DNA of 63,776 nt, the filler included, from Aduncisulcus paluster (Eukaryota), in the NCBI GenBank assembly GCA_024181965.1. It is 7 parts of 7 records of this genome, joined end to end, with 100 filler letters (N's around TTAATTAATTAA, not from the genome) between each part and the next. Parts side by side here need not be neighbours in the genome. Positions count along the whole stretch, not along the records: positions 38,826 to 50,872 come from BQXS01013778.1; positions 50,973 to 61,484 come from BQXS01013779.1; 5 more parts are not named here. One strand, 5' to 3'. The number at the start of each line of letters is the position of its first letter. The first letter of the stretch is position 1. Of the stretch, positions 44,246-54,800 are shown one piece after another. Position numbers and translations under genes: made by a program. Under the pieces are notes generated by a model that saw only the letters and a list, made by a program, of their open reading frames with translations, had not been told where the DNA came from and ran no database searches.

Positions 44246-47200
44246 ATGTCATCCGTCAAAATTGAATTCAATATTGATGGCGACAATTCTAGCTTAGATC
44301 ATGTTCTTGATGAGTTATCCGAGCAGATCCAGTTATCGTCTGATCAAGCCCAGAGATCGAAAATATTTCATGAACAAAAGGACGATTTCAAGGCTGTTTT
44401 TGATCAATTGGACTCTCCAGAAAAAATGAGTAGACATAGTAGCATCATCGCAAAAATGTGCCATTGCCTTTCTATTCTTGTTCGGGGTGACACTAAGTAT
44501 CCCAATAATGGTCACTGCTTATCCTTAAAGGACTGTATTAAGTTCAATTCTTTGTTTTACGATGCCATGGTGCATTTCTGTAGCTCCCTTGGTTCTGAAG
44601 CTCCAGATATTTGTTTTAACTTGTGCCGTATAATCGCTCTCCGAGCATATTATAGTCCGGAAGAACTTCCACGTATTATTGACAATTTTCTTCCCATATT
44701 GGAGTCAGCATACAAGCGTGGTATTGAAACCACCATATCCGATTCTAATGTAGCCGTGACCATTTTATGTACATCAAATCTGGCAAACTCTGGGATATGC
44801 CGTCACAAGACATTTAATTCGATGATTAAATATATTACTAAATGGTTTGAGCAATACTATTATTCCGTTTGGAAAACTTATTGGCATAGTCTCATTAAAA
44901 ACTACACAACTTTCATTGAGCCATCTGGAAAAGAAAACGAAAGTGTTGTGAGAATGCGCATTGGAATGTTATTCCAGTTTTTCGATCCATTGTTAGCTGA
45001 TATGAAAGAGAATTTCGGTTCCGAGAAAGATGATATGAAAGTTGATTATGGGGCTGTCATGTGTTACTTTGGTTCATCTTGTGCCATTCCTACTAATATT
45101 GACCACATTTACTCTTCTATCTCGGAATATCTTGATGATTGGATCTCTATTTGCGAGAAACAGGGGAAAATCAAAGAATTCAATGACCTTGGAAGATTAA
45201 TTGCCTATTTTCACCTGTATTTCACCTCTTTTGGCAAAGAATCGCCGGTTAAGGATCGTTTTCCGACTTCAACTGCCCTTTCCTATCTGTTTCAACAGTA
45301 TTCCACCATTACTCTCCCACTTTCCATGATTGAGCCTCTTCCCAAACTCAAGGATGAATATCTTGACCTTATCATGTCTAAAATATCCCATTATGCCGCC
45401 CTTCCCAATGAAGAACTTTTGTACCCTTCAAACAAACTTGATTGCGGGGGATGGATTGAATGTCTATCATTTGTAGTCCTTGCTATCCATGTTTCCCCAG
45501 ATATTAAACCATTGTCGAAGAAAAGAGAGATGATTCGATCTATTTACTTAGAAACACATGCTAATCTCGTCACAGTAGCCAAGATCTTACCCAATGATCA
45601 GTGTCATGCGGTGTTCAATAGATTATGGATATGCTATGAGAAATTATGTATTAATGCAAGCCAACAGCTCGAATTCTTCAAAGATATCGAACTTGATGCC
45701 AATTCTTTGCTTACCAGTGATGTTCCTTTCGTTGAAAATCTTATTGTGTTCTTCGGAATTGATATTACTCGTTTTGAGGAAAATAGAGACCAATTTCTTG
45801 CGTTTATCGAACCATTTTTGCCCAAATTGATGCGATTTAAATCTATTCCGCATTTTGGGAGTCAGGTCGTTCTTTTGAAGAATCTTACCCTTTATCCTGT
45901 TTCTGAACAACAATGTTTCCCTCGATGTGACAAAACGTTTCCCTGTTTCCCCCAAATTCTTGATACTTTGCAACAGCAAATAACTCCTTCCGAATTTGTC
46001 GAACATCGTATTTTCCATGTTCTTGATGTGTTAGCCAATTGGTCTCGTGATGAAGAGTATGCTTCAGAGATCTCTTCAAAAACATCTGAATTGGTTGATA
46101 ACTGGCATCAATGGTTAAGTAATGAACATTCTACCGAAGGTCTTGGCTTTTTCATGAAACTGATGGCCAACCTCTCAAAGATTCCTTCGATAAGAGATAA
46201 GATTCCTTCGCATCATCTCTCAGATCCTGCATATGTTTCTTGTAAAATCGATGCTTGTCTTTCCACCGCTGACCTTTCTTCTGCTTTTCGTGAGTATTTC
46301 CCAGGTATTCTCAGGATATTTGAAACCTATAGTGCGATTGAGGACATTAAAGGCCATGAAGAAATCATTATTCATTCTGCTCAATGTGTTTCTACATTGA
46401 TGCGGACGAGCAACAATGTCATCCTATCTGCAGATGAAGCCTCTATTCTTTACTCATCGTCAATCAAACACCTCTCTCACTTTGACAGAATCATTGGGTC
46501 TGGGGTTTCCAAATGGTTGTTCAATTTCTGTTGGAAATATGCACTCTCATTCAATGATAAAATTAAGGTTGTTAGGGATGTTACTTTAAATTTAAAAATT
46601 ATATTGGCAAATCCTATCCTAAATTCTGATGTGAATCTGTTCGAAGAGGTATTACTAACTTGTATTAATTGCTCCTCAAATTATTTGGCTGGGAAAGCTC
46701 TCTTCCTCGTTCTCGAGCCCTACCTTCTTCAATTGCTAAAAATAGAAACAGCAGACCGGTGTCGTGGGTTAGTAATGATGCTTTTATGTAATTTGTGTCT
46801 CGATTCGGATAATTCCTCCTTCAGTTCTGATCGTGCCCAACAAGTTTTCTTTTTAATGAAGCCAGTTGTACAATATGCCAAAGAATTCTTTCCAGATGAT
46901 AAAATATCTACTATTTCAAACGCTTCCCGTTCATTGAGATTTCTTTCTGCCCTTTGCTATGATTTCGAACACACTGAATTGATATTTAAAGAAGTTACAG
47001 ATGTTTGGATTGGTTGGATAAGCACATTCAAAAAGCATAACAATACAGTTGGGCTGGCTCATTTGTTCTTGCTAATTAAAAAGTTTGCCAAGGTTCCTTC
47101 AATCGCCTCTCATATTCCTCGAACAGTTTTGTTCGATCCGCATGTTATTTTGGATCAAATCGAACGATCATCGAAGCCAGAGGAACTCCAGGCCATTTAC

Positions 47201-50176
47201 GAGACTAATTGGAAGAATTTTGAGAGCATTTTCACGAGTTTCCTTTCAACAAACAGCCTGGCAACCAGTAATAAGGTAGCCATTGTCAAAACATGTGAAT
47301 GTCTTGCGACCCTTGCTCGAAATGGCGAAAACAATGTCAAAATGCCCCCCGAAGTCTTATCAAAGCTGTATCATCTGTTCATTAAGCATATTCTCAAGGC
47401 AGAAACGATGTTAGGAGAGGATGTCTCGACTTGGTTATTTGATCTTGCGTATAAATGTGTTCAATCCCTTCCGGATCTTCGACATGAGTTGATATCTACA
47501 CTGAAGGAATCAATTAGTGCCATATGGAAGAAAGGAACATTTGAGAAAGATCTTGACTCAAACACTCATCGTCTCTTGTTGCTATTTGTTAATGGATCGA
47601 TTGATTATGCAAATAGGCATGACATTTTCGATATCCTGGAAACTAATCCAAGAAACTTATGGCTTATTCGACATGATATGCCTTGTTTTCTATTTGGTAA
47701 TTTTGTTCTTGTGTATAATAACTTATCTCTTGATAGAGATAATATTAATGAATCCAAGGAGAATTGTTTACGGCTATTCAAGTTCATGGCGGATTTTATT
47801 CGTCAATTCATTGCCTTTTTCCCTTCACTCAACGATAATCACCGCCGAAGAGCAATTAGTATTATGGGCCGTGTGGTTCTTTCTGAAATTCACTCTTCAA
47901 CGATCTTTGAGGCTTCTATTGATCACATTAGGCAATGGCATGCTACTTTTAAGCAGGGAAACAATACAGAGGGGATGGATTCCATTGTTGTTTTGCTCCA
48001 GAAATTCACTCAATACCCTCTTGGGGAGAAGTCTTTCCGTGATAAATTATTTTCATTCTCTGATATCTTTCGAGAGCATCAGAAGAGATGTGGTGGACAC
48101 TCACATGATGAATTCAATGAGAAAATGCTTGATTTAACGAGAGATGAAAAGTTGACAGAAATTTGTGCTTCTATTGAAGCCAAGAATGGCTCTCCGGTTG
48201 CCAAATCTTCCTTTATAATGTATGGATCCATTGATACTTCCATTTTAGGATTCTTTCAGAAAAGATCAAGAACCATTAAGCTCGATATCAAGCGTTCTGT
48301 GGCAAGACAAGAAACTAGGGAAGTGGATCAGAAAATCGTCTCAAAGTTCTTGACTTCCAAGAGTGCAATCATTGCTTCAAGTCTGAATATCATCTTTAAA
48401 TCTCCACGGATTGTTAATTCAGTTCATTTATGCATTGATAGTTCCCATATTCGGCCTCTAATTCTTGAATTTCAATTCCCAGTGGATACTGTGTCATCCT
48501 CCAAGGTTGTCAAAAAGAGCTTTATAATTGAGAAGACCACTTCCAAACATTGCGCTGAATGGAGGTCTCTTCCGATAGATTTGGATTATCCAACAAGTGG
48601 ATGTTTTGTATCTTGTATCTCATATAATTTAACTCCTTCTTGTCAAATACTGGGAATGAGATTCATCGCTCCCTCAAAGGATGCTGCGAAGATGTCTGGA
48701 ATGATTCAATTGGATAATTCTCTACCAGAGTCATCTGTGAAGTCTAAAGGTAAACTTGGATCTATTTCACAACCCAGTCAACCGATTCATTCCTCACCTA
48801 CTCCAAATGCCCTTGATTCCACTTCTATGAAGAGCTTTACAACTGTTGATGATCCTTCCTCCTTACCCTCACAACAACCAATCGTGGCACCAAAGTCGTT
48901 GGCACCTACTGGAGGATACAAAAAACACAAAGCTGATTATATCCTTACGTCTTCTTCATCAATTTCTCCACAGTGTATCATTGGAAATGGTGGGTTTGGA
49001 GAAGTCCTTCTTGTCAAGGTTGAAGATATTTCATTCCCTTGTGTTCTGAAGAAGATGCTTCGTGTTGCCGATGAATCTGTTGTGAAAGGGTGTAGGAAAG
49101 AGTTTAAGGTGCAGCAAAAATTGTTTAACAATCCCAAATGCTTCAACCGTATCCCACGTCCTCTGTATATTCTTGATCTTCTTGATGCAGATTTTAGAGG
49201 AATGTATGGTTTCTTGATGGAATTTTGTGTTGGAGGGAGTGCGAGTTCGTTTGCAAAGAGTTGGTGTTCAGTTGTTATCCCCAGCGCCAAGAAAGATGAT
49301 CTCTATGAAGATTCTTCCTCTGACGATTCCATATCTTCCCCTTCACCATCTGTATCATATAGCCTTGATCCTCTACGTGTTGCAGCTCTTTGTGTCGCAT
49401 GTATTGAATGCCTTGATGAGGTATTTTCTGCGAATCCTTCATTGGTCCATCGAGATATCAAACCCGATAACTTCCTCGTTCGTGTGACATCATCGGGTGA
49501 TTGTGTTATCGTACTTGGAGATCTCGGGCTTGTTCATATCCAGGATTCTATGTCCTCTTCTTCCGTTTCCAAAACTTTTGTTAGAGAAGGAGAGGGCCTT
49601 CAAGAAGAAAAGAAGACATTTGCTTGTGGTACATATATTTATAATGCTTATGAATCCTTGAAATATGGAGAACAAACTCAATTGAGTGACTCTCATTCAT
49701 TAGGTATGACAATACTCGCCCTGTTTCTTAATTCTCATCCTTTCCTTGGTCATCCTCTTTTGCGCGGCGTTGTCGAACCGGGAGACTTCATTTCAAAGCT
49801 CGTCACTCTTTTTGATAAAGACATGGTCCCCAAGTTATCTCGTTGTGCCACATTCATTTCCTTAAAAACTATTCATGATGGCAAGTATTCTGATGTCTTT
49901 ACTTGTCTGGATGAAGTGTATTGTGGACTGACAAAAAGAGATATAAGTGAAAGAATGGACGTCCATACTGCCCGCAAGAAAGTTCAGTCAATCAAACATT
50001 TGCTTCCTCGTGTTGGTGAAGGGTGGAGGCCTCCAAGTACTGAGGATTTCATTCTCTCCCAGAAAAAGAAATACCATGATTTCATTGGAGTTGTCTGCTC
50101 ACATGATGGCAGAGAGGATCAGACAAATCCTCCCTCGCTGCTTGATATTTCCAGAGGACAATGGGATAGTTTATAA
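44246..50176 (+). CDS. Large protein: diverged ARM/HEAT-like helical cassettes, one beta-sandwich-like domain, C-terminal kinase of the same subfamily as 405..6584
   Basis: Kinase motifs GNGGFG, FPCVLKKM, HRDIKPDN, GDLGL, CGTYIYNAYE and SDSHSLG (~48940-50070). Helical units carry LKNLTL/LCNLCLD/NNLSLD and L.K.PS.; domain IIFKSPRIV...VKKSFIIEK...WRSLPIDL...C...GMRFI at ~48250-48670. Confidence 0.9.
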   Translation: MSSVKIEFNIDGDNSSLDHVLDELSEQIQLSSDQAQRSKIFHEQKDDFKAVFDQLDSPEKMSRHSSIIAKMCHCLSILVRGDTKYPNNGHCLSLKDCIKFNSLFYDAMVHFCSSLGSEAPDICFNLCRIIALRAYYSPEELPRIIDNFLPILESAYKRGIETTISDSNVAVTILCTSNLANSGICRHKTFNSMIKYITKWFEQYYYSVWKTYWHSLIKNYTTFIEPSGKENESVVRMRIGMLFQFFDPLLADMKENFGSEKDDMKVDYGAVMCYFGSSCAIPTNIDHIYSSISEYLDDWISICEKQGKIKEFNDLGRLIAYFHLYFTSFGKESPVKDRFPTSTALSYLFQQYSTITLPLSMIEPLPKLKDEYLDLIMSKISHYAALPNEELLYPSNKLDCGGWIECLSFVVLAIHVSPDIKPLSKKREMIRSIYLETHANLVTVAKILPNDQCHAVFNRLWICYEKLCINASQQLEFFKDIELDANSLLTSDVPFVENLIVFFGIDITRFEENRDQFLAFIEPFLPKLMRFKSIPHFGSQVVLLKNLTLYPVSEQQCFPRCDKTFPCFPQILDTLQQQITPSEFVEHRIFHVLDVLANWSRDEEYASEISSKTSELVDNWHQWLSNEHSTEGLGFFMKLMANLSKIPSIRDKIPSHHLSDPAYVSCKIDACLSTADLSSAFREYFPGILRIFETYSAIEDIKGHEEIIIHSAQCVSTLMRTSNNVILSADEASILYSSSIKHLSHFDRIIGSGVSKWLFNFCWKYALSFNDKIKVVRDVTLNLKIILANPILNSDVNLFEEVLLTCINCSSNYLAGKALFLVLEPYLLQLLKIETADRCRGLVMMLLCNLCLDSDNSSFSSDRAQQVFFLMKPVVQYAKEFFPDDKISTISNASRSLRFLSALCYDFEHTELIFKEVTDVWIGWISTFKKHNNTVGLAHLFLLIKKFAKVPSIASHIPRTVLFDPHVILDQIERSSKPEELQAIYETNWKNFESIFTSFLSTNSLATSNKVAIVKTCECLATLARNGENNVKMPPEVLSKLYHLFIKHILKAETMLGEDVSTWLFDLAYKCVQSLPDLRHELISTLKESISAIWKKGTFEKDLDSNTHRLLLLFVNGSIDYANRHDIFDILETNPRNLWLIRHDMPCFLFGNFVLVYNNLSLDRDNINESKENCLRLFKFMADFIRQFIAFFPSLNDNHRRRAISIMGRVVLSEIHSSTIFEASIDHIRQWHATFKQGNNTEGMDSIVVLLQKFTQYPLGEKSFRDKLFSFSDIFREHQKRCGGHSHDEFNEKMLDLTRDEKLTEICASIEAKNGSPVAKSSFIMYGSIDTSILGFFQKRSRTIKLDIKRSVARQETREVDQKIVSKFLTSKSAIIASSLNIIFKSPRIVNSVHLCIDSSHIRPLILEFQFPVDTVSSSKVVKKSFIIEKTTSKHCAEWRSLPIDLDYPTSGCFVSCISYNLTPSCQILGMRFIAPSKDAAKMSGMIQLDNSLPESSVKSKGKLGSISQPSQPIHSSPTPNALDSTSMKSFTTVDDPSSLPSQQPIVAPKSLAPTGGYKKHKADYILTSSSSISPQCIIGNGGFGEVLLVKVEDISFPCVLKKMLRVADESVVKGCRKEFKVQQKLFNNPKCFNRIPRPLYILDLLDADFRGMYGFLMEFCVGGSASSFAKSWCSVVIPSAKKDDLYEDSSSDDSISSPSPSVSYSLDPLRVAALCVACIECLDEVFSANPSLVHRDIKPDNFLVRVTSSGDCVIVLGDLGLVHIQDSMSSSSVSKTFVREGEGLQEEKKTFACGTYIYNAYESLKYGEQTQLSDSHSLGMTILALFLNSHPFLGHPLLRGVVEPGDFISKLVTLFDKDMVPKLSRCATFISLKTIHDGKYSDVFTCLDEVYCGLTKRDISERMDVHTARKKVQSIKHLLPRVGEGWRPPSTEDFILSQKKKYHDFIGVVCSHDGREDQTNPPSLLDISRGQWDSL

Positions 50177-50436
50177 AAATCAGATCCTAAATCTTCAACC
50201 AAATCTAGATGATGATCCTGCTTCACACACTTTCCCACCCCACTGCTCTTTGGGTATTACTCTTTCTTTTTCTTTCTTTCTTTAACATTATTAATCATCT
50301 TATCATGCAATTATCAATGATAAATTTATCTGAATCAGATCTGATAAATTCTATCATCAAATAAAAGCCATTGTCAAGTGTCTCTGTTGCGAGGTTCATG
50401 AGTTTGAAGAGGGGAATAATCAGACATGCATTCACA

Positions 50437-50872
50437 TCACAAGAACCACTTATGGGTGAGCACTTGCCTTGCTGTGGGTCTATCACGTGGATGCTCACTC
50501 ACACATGCGGCACAGATGGAATGCACTTCTGCAGGCATGCACACACCGTCAAGTGCACCGAACACATCCTGAACAAGCACACCGAACGAGAACATGTCAC
50601 TCGCGGGAGAAGGGTGTGGATGACGGTGTTCTTTCAGGGCAAGCTCAAGTTCAGGCGCAATGAAGGTGGGTGTCCCAAGACGCAGAGTCTTACTGAACAA
50701 TCCGATCGTACGCTCTCCACAATCAACAGCTCCCTCGAAGTCGCACAGAAGACCATTGCACGCATCATCGATCAGCACATTCTGAGGCTTCAGGTCACAG
50801 TGCACAATCCCATGCTCATGCAAGAACGACAGCGCGTGAAGAACACATTTCAACACTTGACGCACATGGCAC
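50437..50872 (-). CDS. C-lobe fragment of a kinase paralogous to 19701..24701 (5'-truncated at contig end)
   Basis: LKCVLHALSFLH, HCDLKPQN, GLLCDFEGAVDC.ERT, FIAPE, P.P..DMFSFGVL and RPTA. Confidence 0.9.
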
Positions 50873-50972
50873 NNNNNNNNNNNNNNNNNNNNNNNNNNNN
50901 NNNNNNNNNNNNNNNNTTAATTAATTAANNNNNNNNNNNNNNNNNNNNNNNNNNNNNNNNNNNNNNNNNNNN
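50873..50972. other. Artificial contig-joining spacer
   Basis: 44 N + TTAATTAATTAA + 44 N. Confidence 0.98.
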
Positions 50973-51691
50973 AGATGTTTTTGAAGCTTAGATATGTCAC
51001 CGAAGGTTGAAATTGTTCGAACCCAATCATGAGAGAGGAAAATAGATCTCTTTGGAGGACATAAAGATCGAATTTTGGAGAATAAAGGATTATCCAAAGA
51101 AGATTCATCATCTGTCCATTCATTTAACTTCGAGTACATGCAACACATCATGTCAGTATCAAGTTTACGATGTTGGTACACACCTTTGAGTTGGGATACA
51201 CCTCGTAGGGGCACAGATTCTTTATGGGGCGACGATAGAATAGAATGACCAATTCCACTTATCCCACTCACACGTAAAAAGTCAACACTTACAACATCTT
51301 TCCCTTTTCTTACCTCTTTCATGAGAATAACAGATCCACTAAAACCCAAATAATAGATATTCGGAGCAATCCAACCACCATATGGAGTTTGAAGTAAAAA
51401 TTCACTGCATTCGTGATTACCCGATATTAAAATTGTTAAATATGGTGCAACTTGAGTTCCATCTGAATATTTGTGAAAGGATCCCATGGTACGATATCTA
51501 GGAGGACACGCAAGAGAAGTTAGATCCTCTTTGGTTCTCGCTGTCTTACTATCTCCACAAACGAATATGGCTGAAAGACAGATACCCTTATCTTTCTCGA
51601 TTTGGGAAGCTTCGAGATAGAGCTGTTCCCAACATCCATGAAGACACCCAGTAATTATATAGTGGAATGACCCATTATTAATATATTTCAT
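50973..51691 (-). CDS. DBR1: RNA lariat debranching enzyme (metallophosphoesterase); 3'-truncated
   Basis: GCLHG, CGD, LACPPRYRTMGSFHKY, APYLTILISGNHE, YGGWIAPNIYYLG, RVSGISGI and IFLSHDW; first ATG at 51691. Confidence 0.93.
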
Positions 51692-51883
51692 AATATATAA
51701 TATATTATTCAACTCGAATTGAATCAAAAAAGTGTATTAATTGACTTCAAGCCGAAAGTTTTTCGGAATAACATAGGAAATCATGAAATAATAATAAATG
51801 AGCATTTTTCATGACAAAATCAATTTCTAATGCAATGAAATCTATATTAAGTAAACATATTTATTGAATATCACACGGTTAAA

Positions 51884-54800
51884 TTACAAATCTGCACCAT
51901 AGAGAGAATTGGAAGCTAATCTTGATTGTGAAGAGAAAGCTCGAAGCCTAGCCTCAAGATCAGAGGGTCCAGCGACAGAAGAAGTAGAATATGAAGTCAA
52001 AGAGTTTGTGGATGCAGAAACTTGTGGGTAAGGAAAATGCGAAGAAGATGTTACAGATGAGCCACTCATCAAATGTGCACCATGGTTGGCTGCAGAACCA
52101 AAGCGAGTGTGAGAATCTACAAAAAAATCCGACAATGGATTCGGAGGAGGAATCGAATGCTTGGTATATCCCGAAGATATTGACGGAGGGATTGACGGAG
52201 GGATTGACGGGATAGAATGACCCGGATCGCTTGATAACCTTGGCCGAGACTCAAGTTTGGCAGAAACGGGACCATGGGATTGTGCAAACGATAAACTACT
52301 GGAGCGCCCGATATTTCCTCTATCGCCTCGTGTCGAAAGTGAATAAGGATTCTGACGAAGTTCTTCGGTGCTCCATTGATGTGATAGAGATGGTCTGGAC
52401 TGGACGATTGAACTTGGCCTCACTGAAGAAGAATATGACGGAATGGATGGAATGGCTGGCCCCATGCCTTGAGCGCGTGATGGACCATGAGAAAGACTAA
52501 CTCCAGCCATACCTTTGTCGTCAGAGGCTTTGGAATCCCTTGGTGGAATGGAAGAGGAGGATACTGGAACTCTACGATCAGAAGAATGTTGTGGATACGA
52601 AGGAATGGAAGGAGGAATACTTTGGGGTTCAAAGGAAGAGTATCGGGGAACATCAACCTTCTCTCTTCTCCTCCTCTCCTCTTCATTCCTCTTTTGCCTT
52701 TCCTCTTGCCATTTTTTCTCTTCTTCTCTCCTTCGCTCTTCTTCAATTCGTCTCCTTTCCTGGTCTTCAAAAAGTAATTGCGCTCTCCTTTTCGCTTCTT
52801 CTTTCCTCTTCCTTTCTTCATCGAGTTTCCGTTCTCTTCTTGCCCTGGCCCTTCTCTCTTCATCTTCTTCTCTTTGAGGCAGTCCCTTCTCAAGGCTATT
52901 TTCGTCATCGTCTAAAAATAGATCATCATTGAGAAGATCTGGATCAAGATCTAATATCGGGAGTGTATTTGTCTCCCACCTCGCCTCACCGGAAATGACG
53001 GAAGCGTCTTCAGTTTTTGCGAAACGATTTCTACTCTTAATTTCGTATTTAGAAGACGTATCTTCCCTTCCCCTTTCGGAATGAGAATGTTGTTTCCGAG
53101 CTCTCTCTTGTCTATATCTTTCCATCTGAATGTCTTCTTCAGCGCTTGACCATTGTTTTTCATTCTCAACCCATTCAAGGGCGTCCACCATGCGTTCGCC
53201 ACTCATAGAAAATGAAGGAGAAGATTTGTGATGTGCATGGCCTTGACCACCAGAAGGAGTGTGAGGAAACTCATCGTTGGATAAGGAATCACTATCATCA
53301 ACCAATGGAGGAAGGTGATGGGACATGTCTGACGGAGCCACGGGCATAGTTTCTGCAAGCACAATGTCATTTTTCTTGTCTCCCATTCCAGATCGTCTGT
53401 CGGAATAAGGGAAAGTGTGTGTCCGAGAAAACGGTTTTTCATCATCTGTGGGCACAAGAAAGTCAGATTGACGTTGTTTTGCCCGCTTTTCTTTTTCCGC
53501 CGCAATAGATCTCATTTCTTCCAATTGTTTGCTTTGTTGACCAATAATCTCTCCAAGTTTTCGCAGTTCTTCTTCATGTTGGATTGACAGTGAATGAAGA
53601 GACGCTTCCAACTTGATGACACGTTCTTCGTGTTTTTTGGCACGTTGTTTCCAACTATTTCTATCATCAATAAGTTCTTTGGTGGCATCCTTGGAGGAAT
53701 TGGAGGAAGCAAGAAATGCTTGACGTTCTAAAATCCACTCATCTTTTTCCTTGGCATGTTTCTGCTCAAGATCTTTGATTTTAAGCTCAAGAGTTGTCTG
53801 AGTCTCCGAAAGTATTGCTCTTTCTTGTTCCCAGCGTTCTTTTACATCAGAACTCACCTTAACTTCCTCTTCCTTCTTATGGAGTAAAGTTTCTCGTTCT
53901 AAGTCACGCTGTTGCATGAGTTTCACCCTCACCCGTATGGCTTGAAGTTCAATCTCTCGCTCATTATCACGCAGTTCAACAATTTCCTTATTTTTAAGCA
54001 CTTCCTTCACTTTTGCCTTCCAGCTTTCCTCTCTCCTTTCCCAATCTCTCCTCTCTTCTTCCCTTCGACGTCGCTCAGCTTCCCACTCTCTCCTCTCTTC
54101 TTCCCTGTGTTTCCGCTCTGCATCTTTTCTCTTCCTTTCCTCCTCTTTCACGCGATGTTCCCGCTCTTTCCGTTCTCTCTCCCTCTCTCTCATACCATGT
54201 TCTTTCTCTTTCTTCACGGCATTATGGAGGATTGACAGTACAGCACTGTACAGGGCTGGCGAAAGAGAAGAGGAGAGAGAAGACAATGAGAGAGNNNNNN
54301 NNNNNNNNNNNNNNTCCTTCACTTTTGCCTTCCAGCTTTCCTCTCTCCTTTCCCAATCTCTCCTCTCTTCTTCCCTTCGACGTCGCTCAGCTTCCCACTC
54401 TCTCCTCTCTTCTTCCCTGTGTTTCCGCTCTGCATCTTTTCTCTTCCTTTCCTCCTCTTTCACGCGATGTTCCCGCTCTTTCCGTTCTCTCTCCCTCTCT
54501 CTCATACCATGTTCTTTCTCTTTCTTCACGGCATTATGGAGGATTGACAGTACAGCACTGTACAGGGCTGGCGAAAGAGAAGAGGAGAGAGAAGACAATG
54601 AGAGAGGAGAGGAGGTGCCAGTTGATGACAAGGGAATGTCAATAGGGGGAGGTGGAGGGGTAGATTTTGGACGACGTTTCAAGCGACGAGTACCACTGTT
54701 TCCAATATGGGCTTCCCGATCTTTCCGACGTGAAGATCCTACATCAATGGGAGCATATCTCATCTCACTCCCAACTAATGTTGAGCCATTTCCGAGAGGA

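Noticed and set aside
1181..54606. Six 199-330 bp direct duplications inside genes as biological tandem duplications or programmed frameshifts
   Set aside because: Every one flanks an exactly 20-N gap and removing one copy restores a clean frame; these are unmerged contig overlaps.
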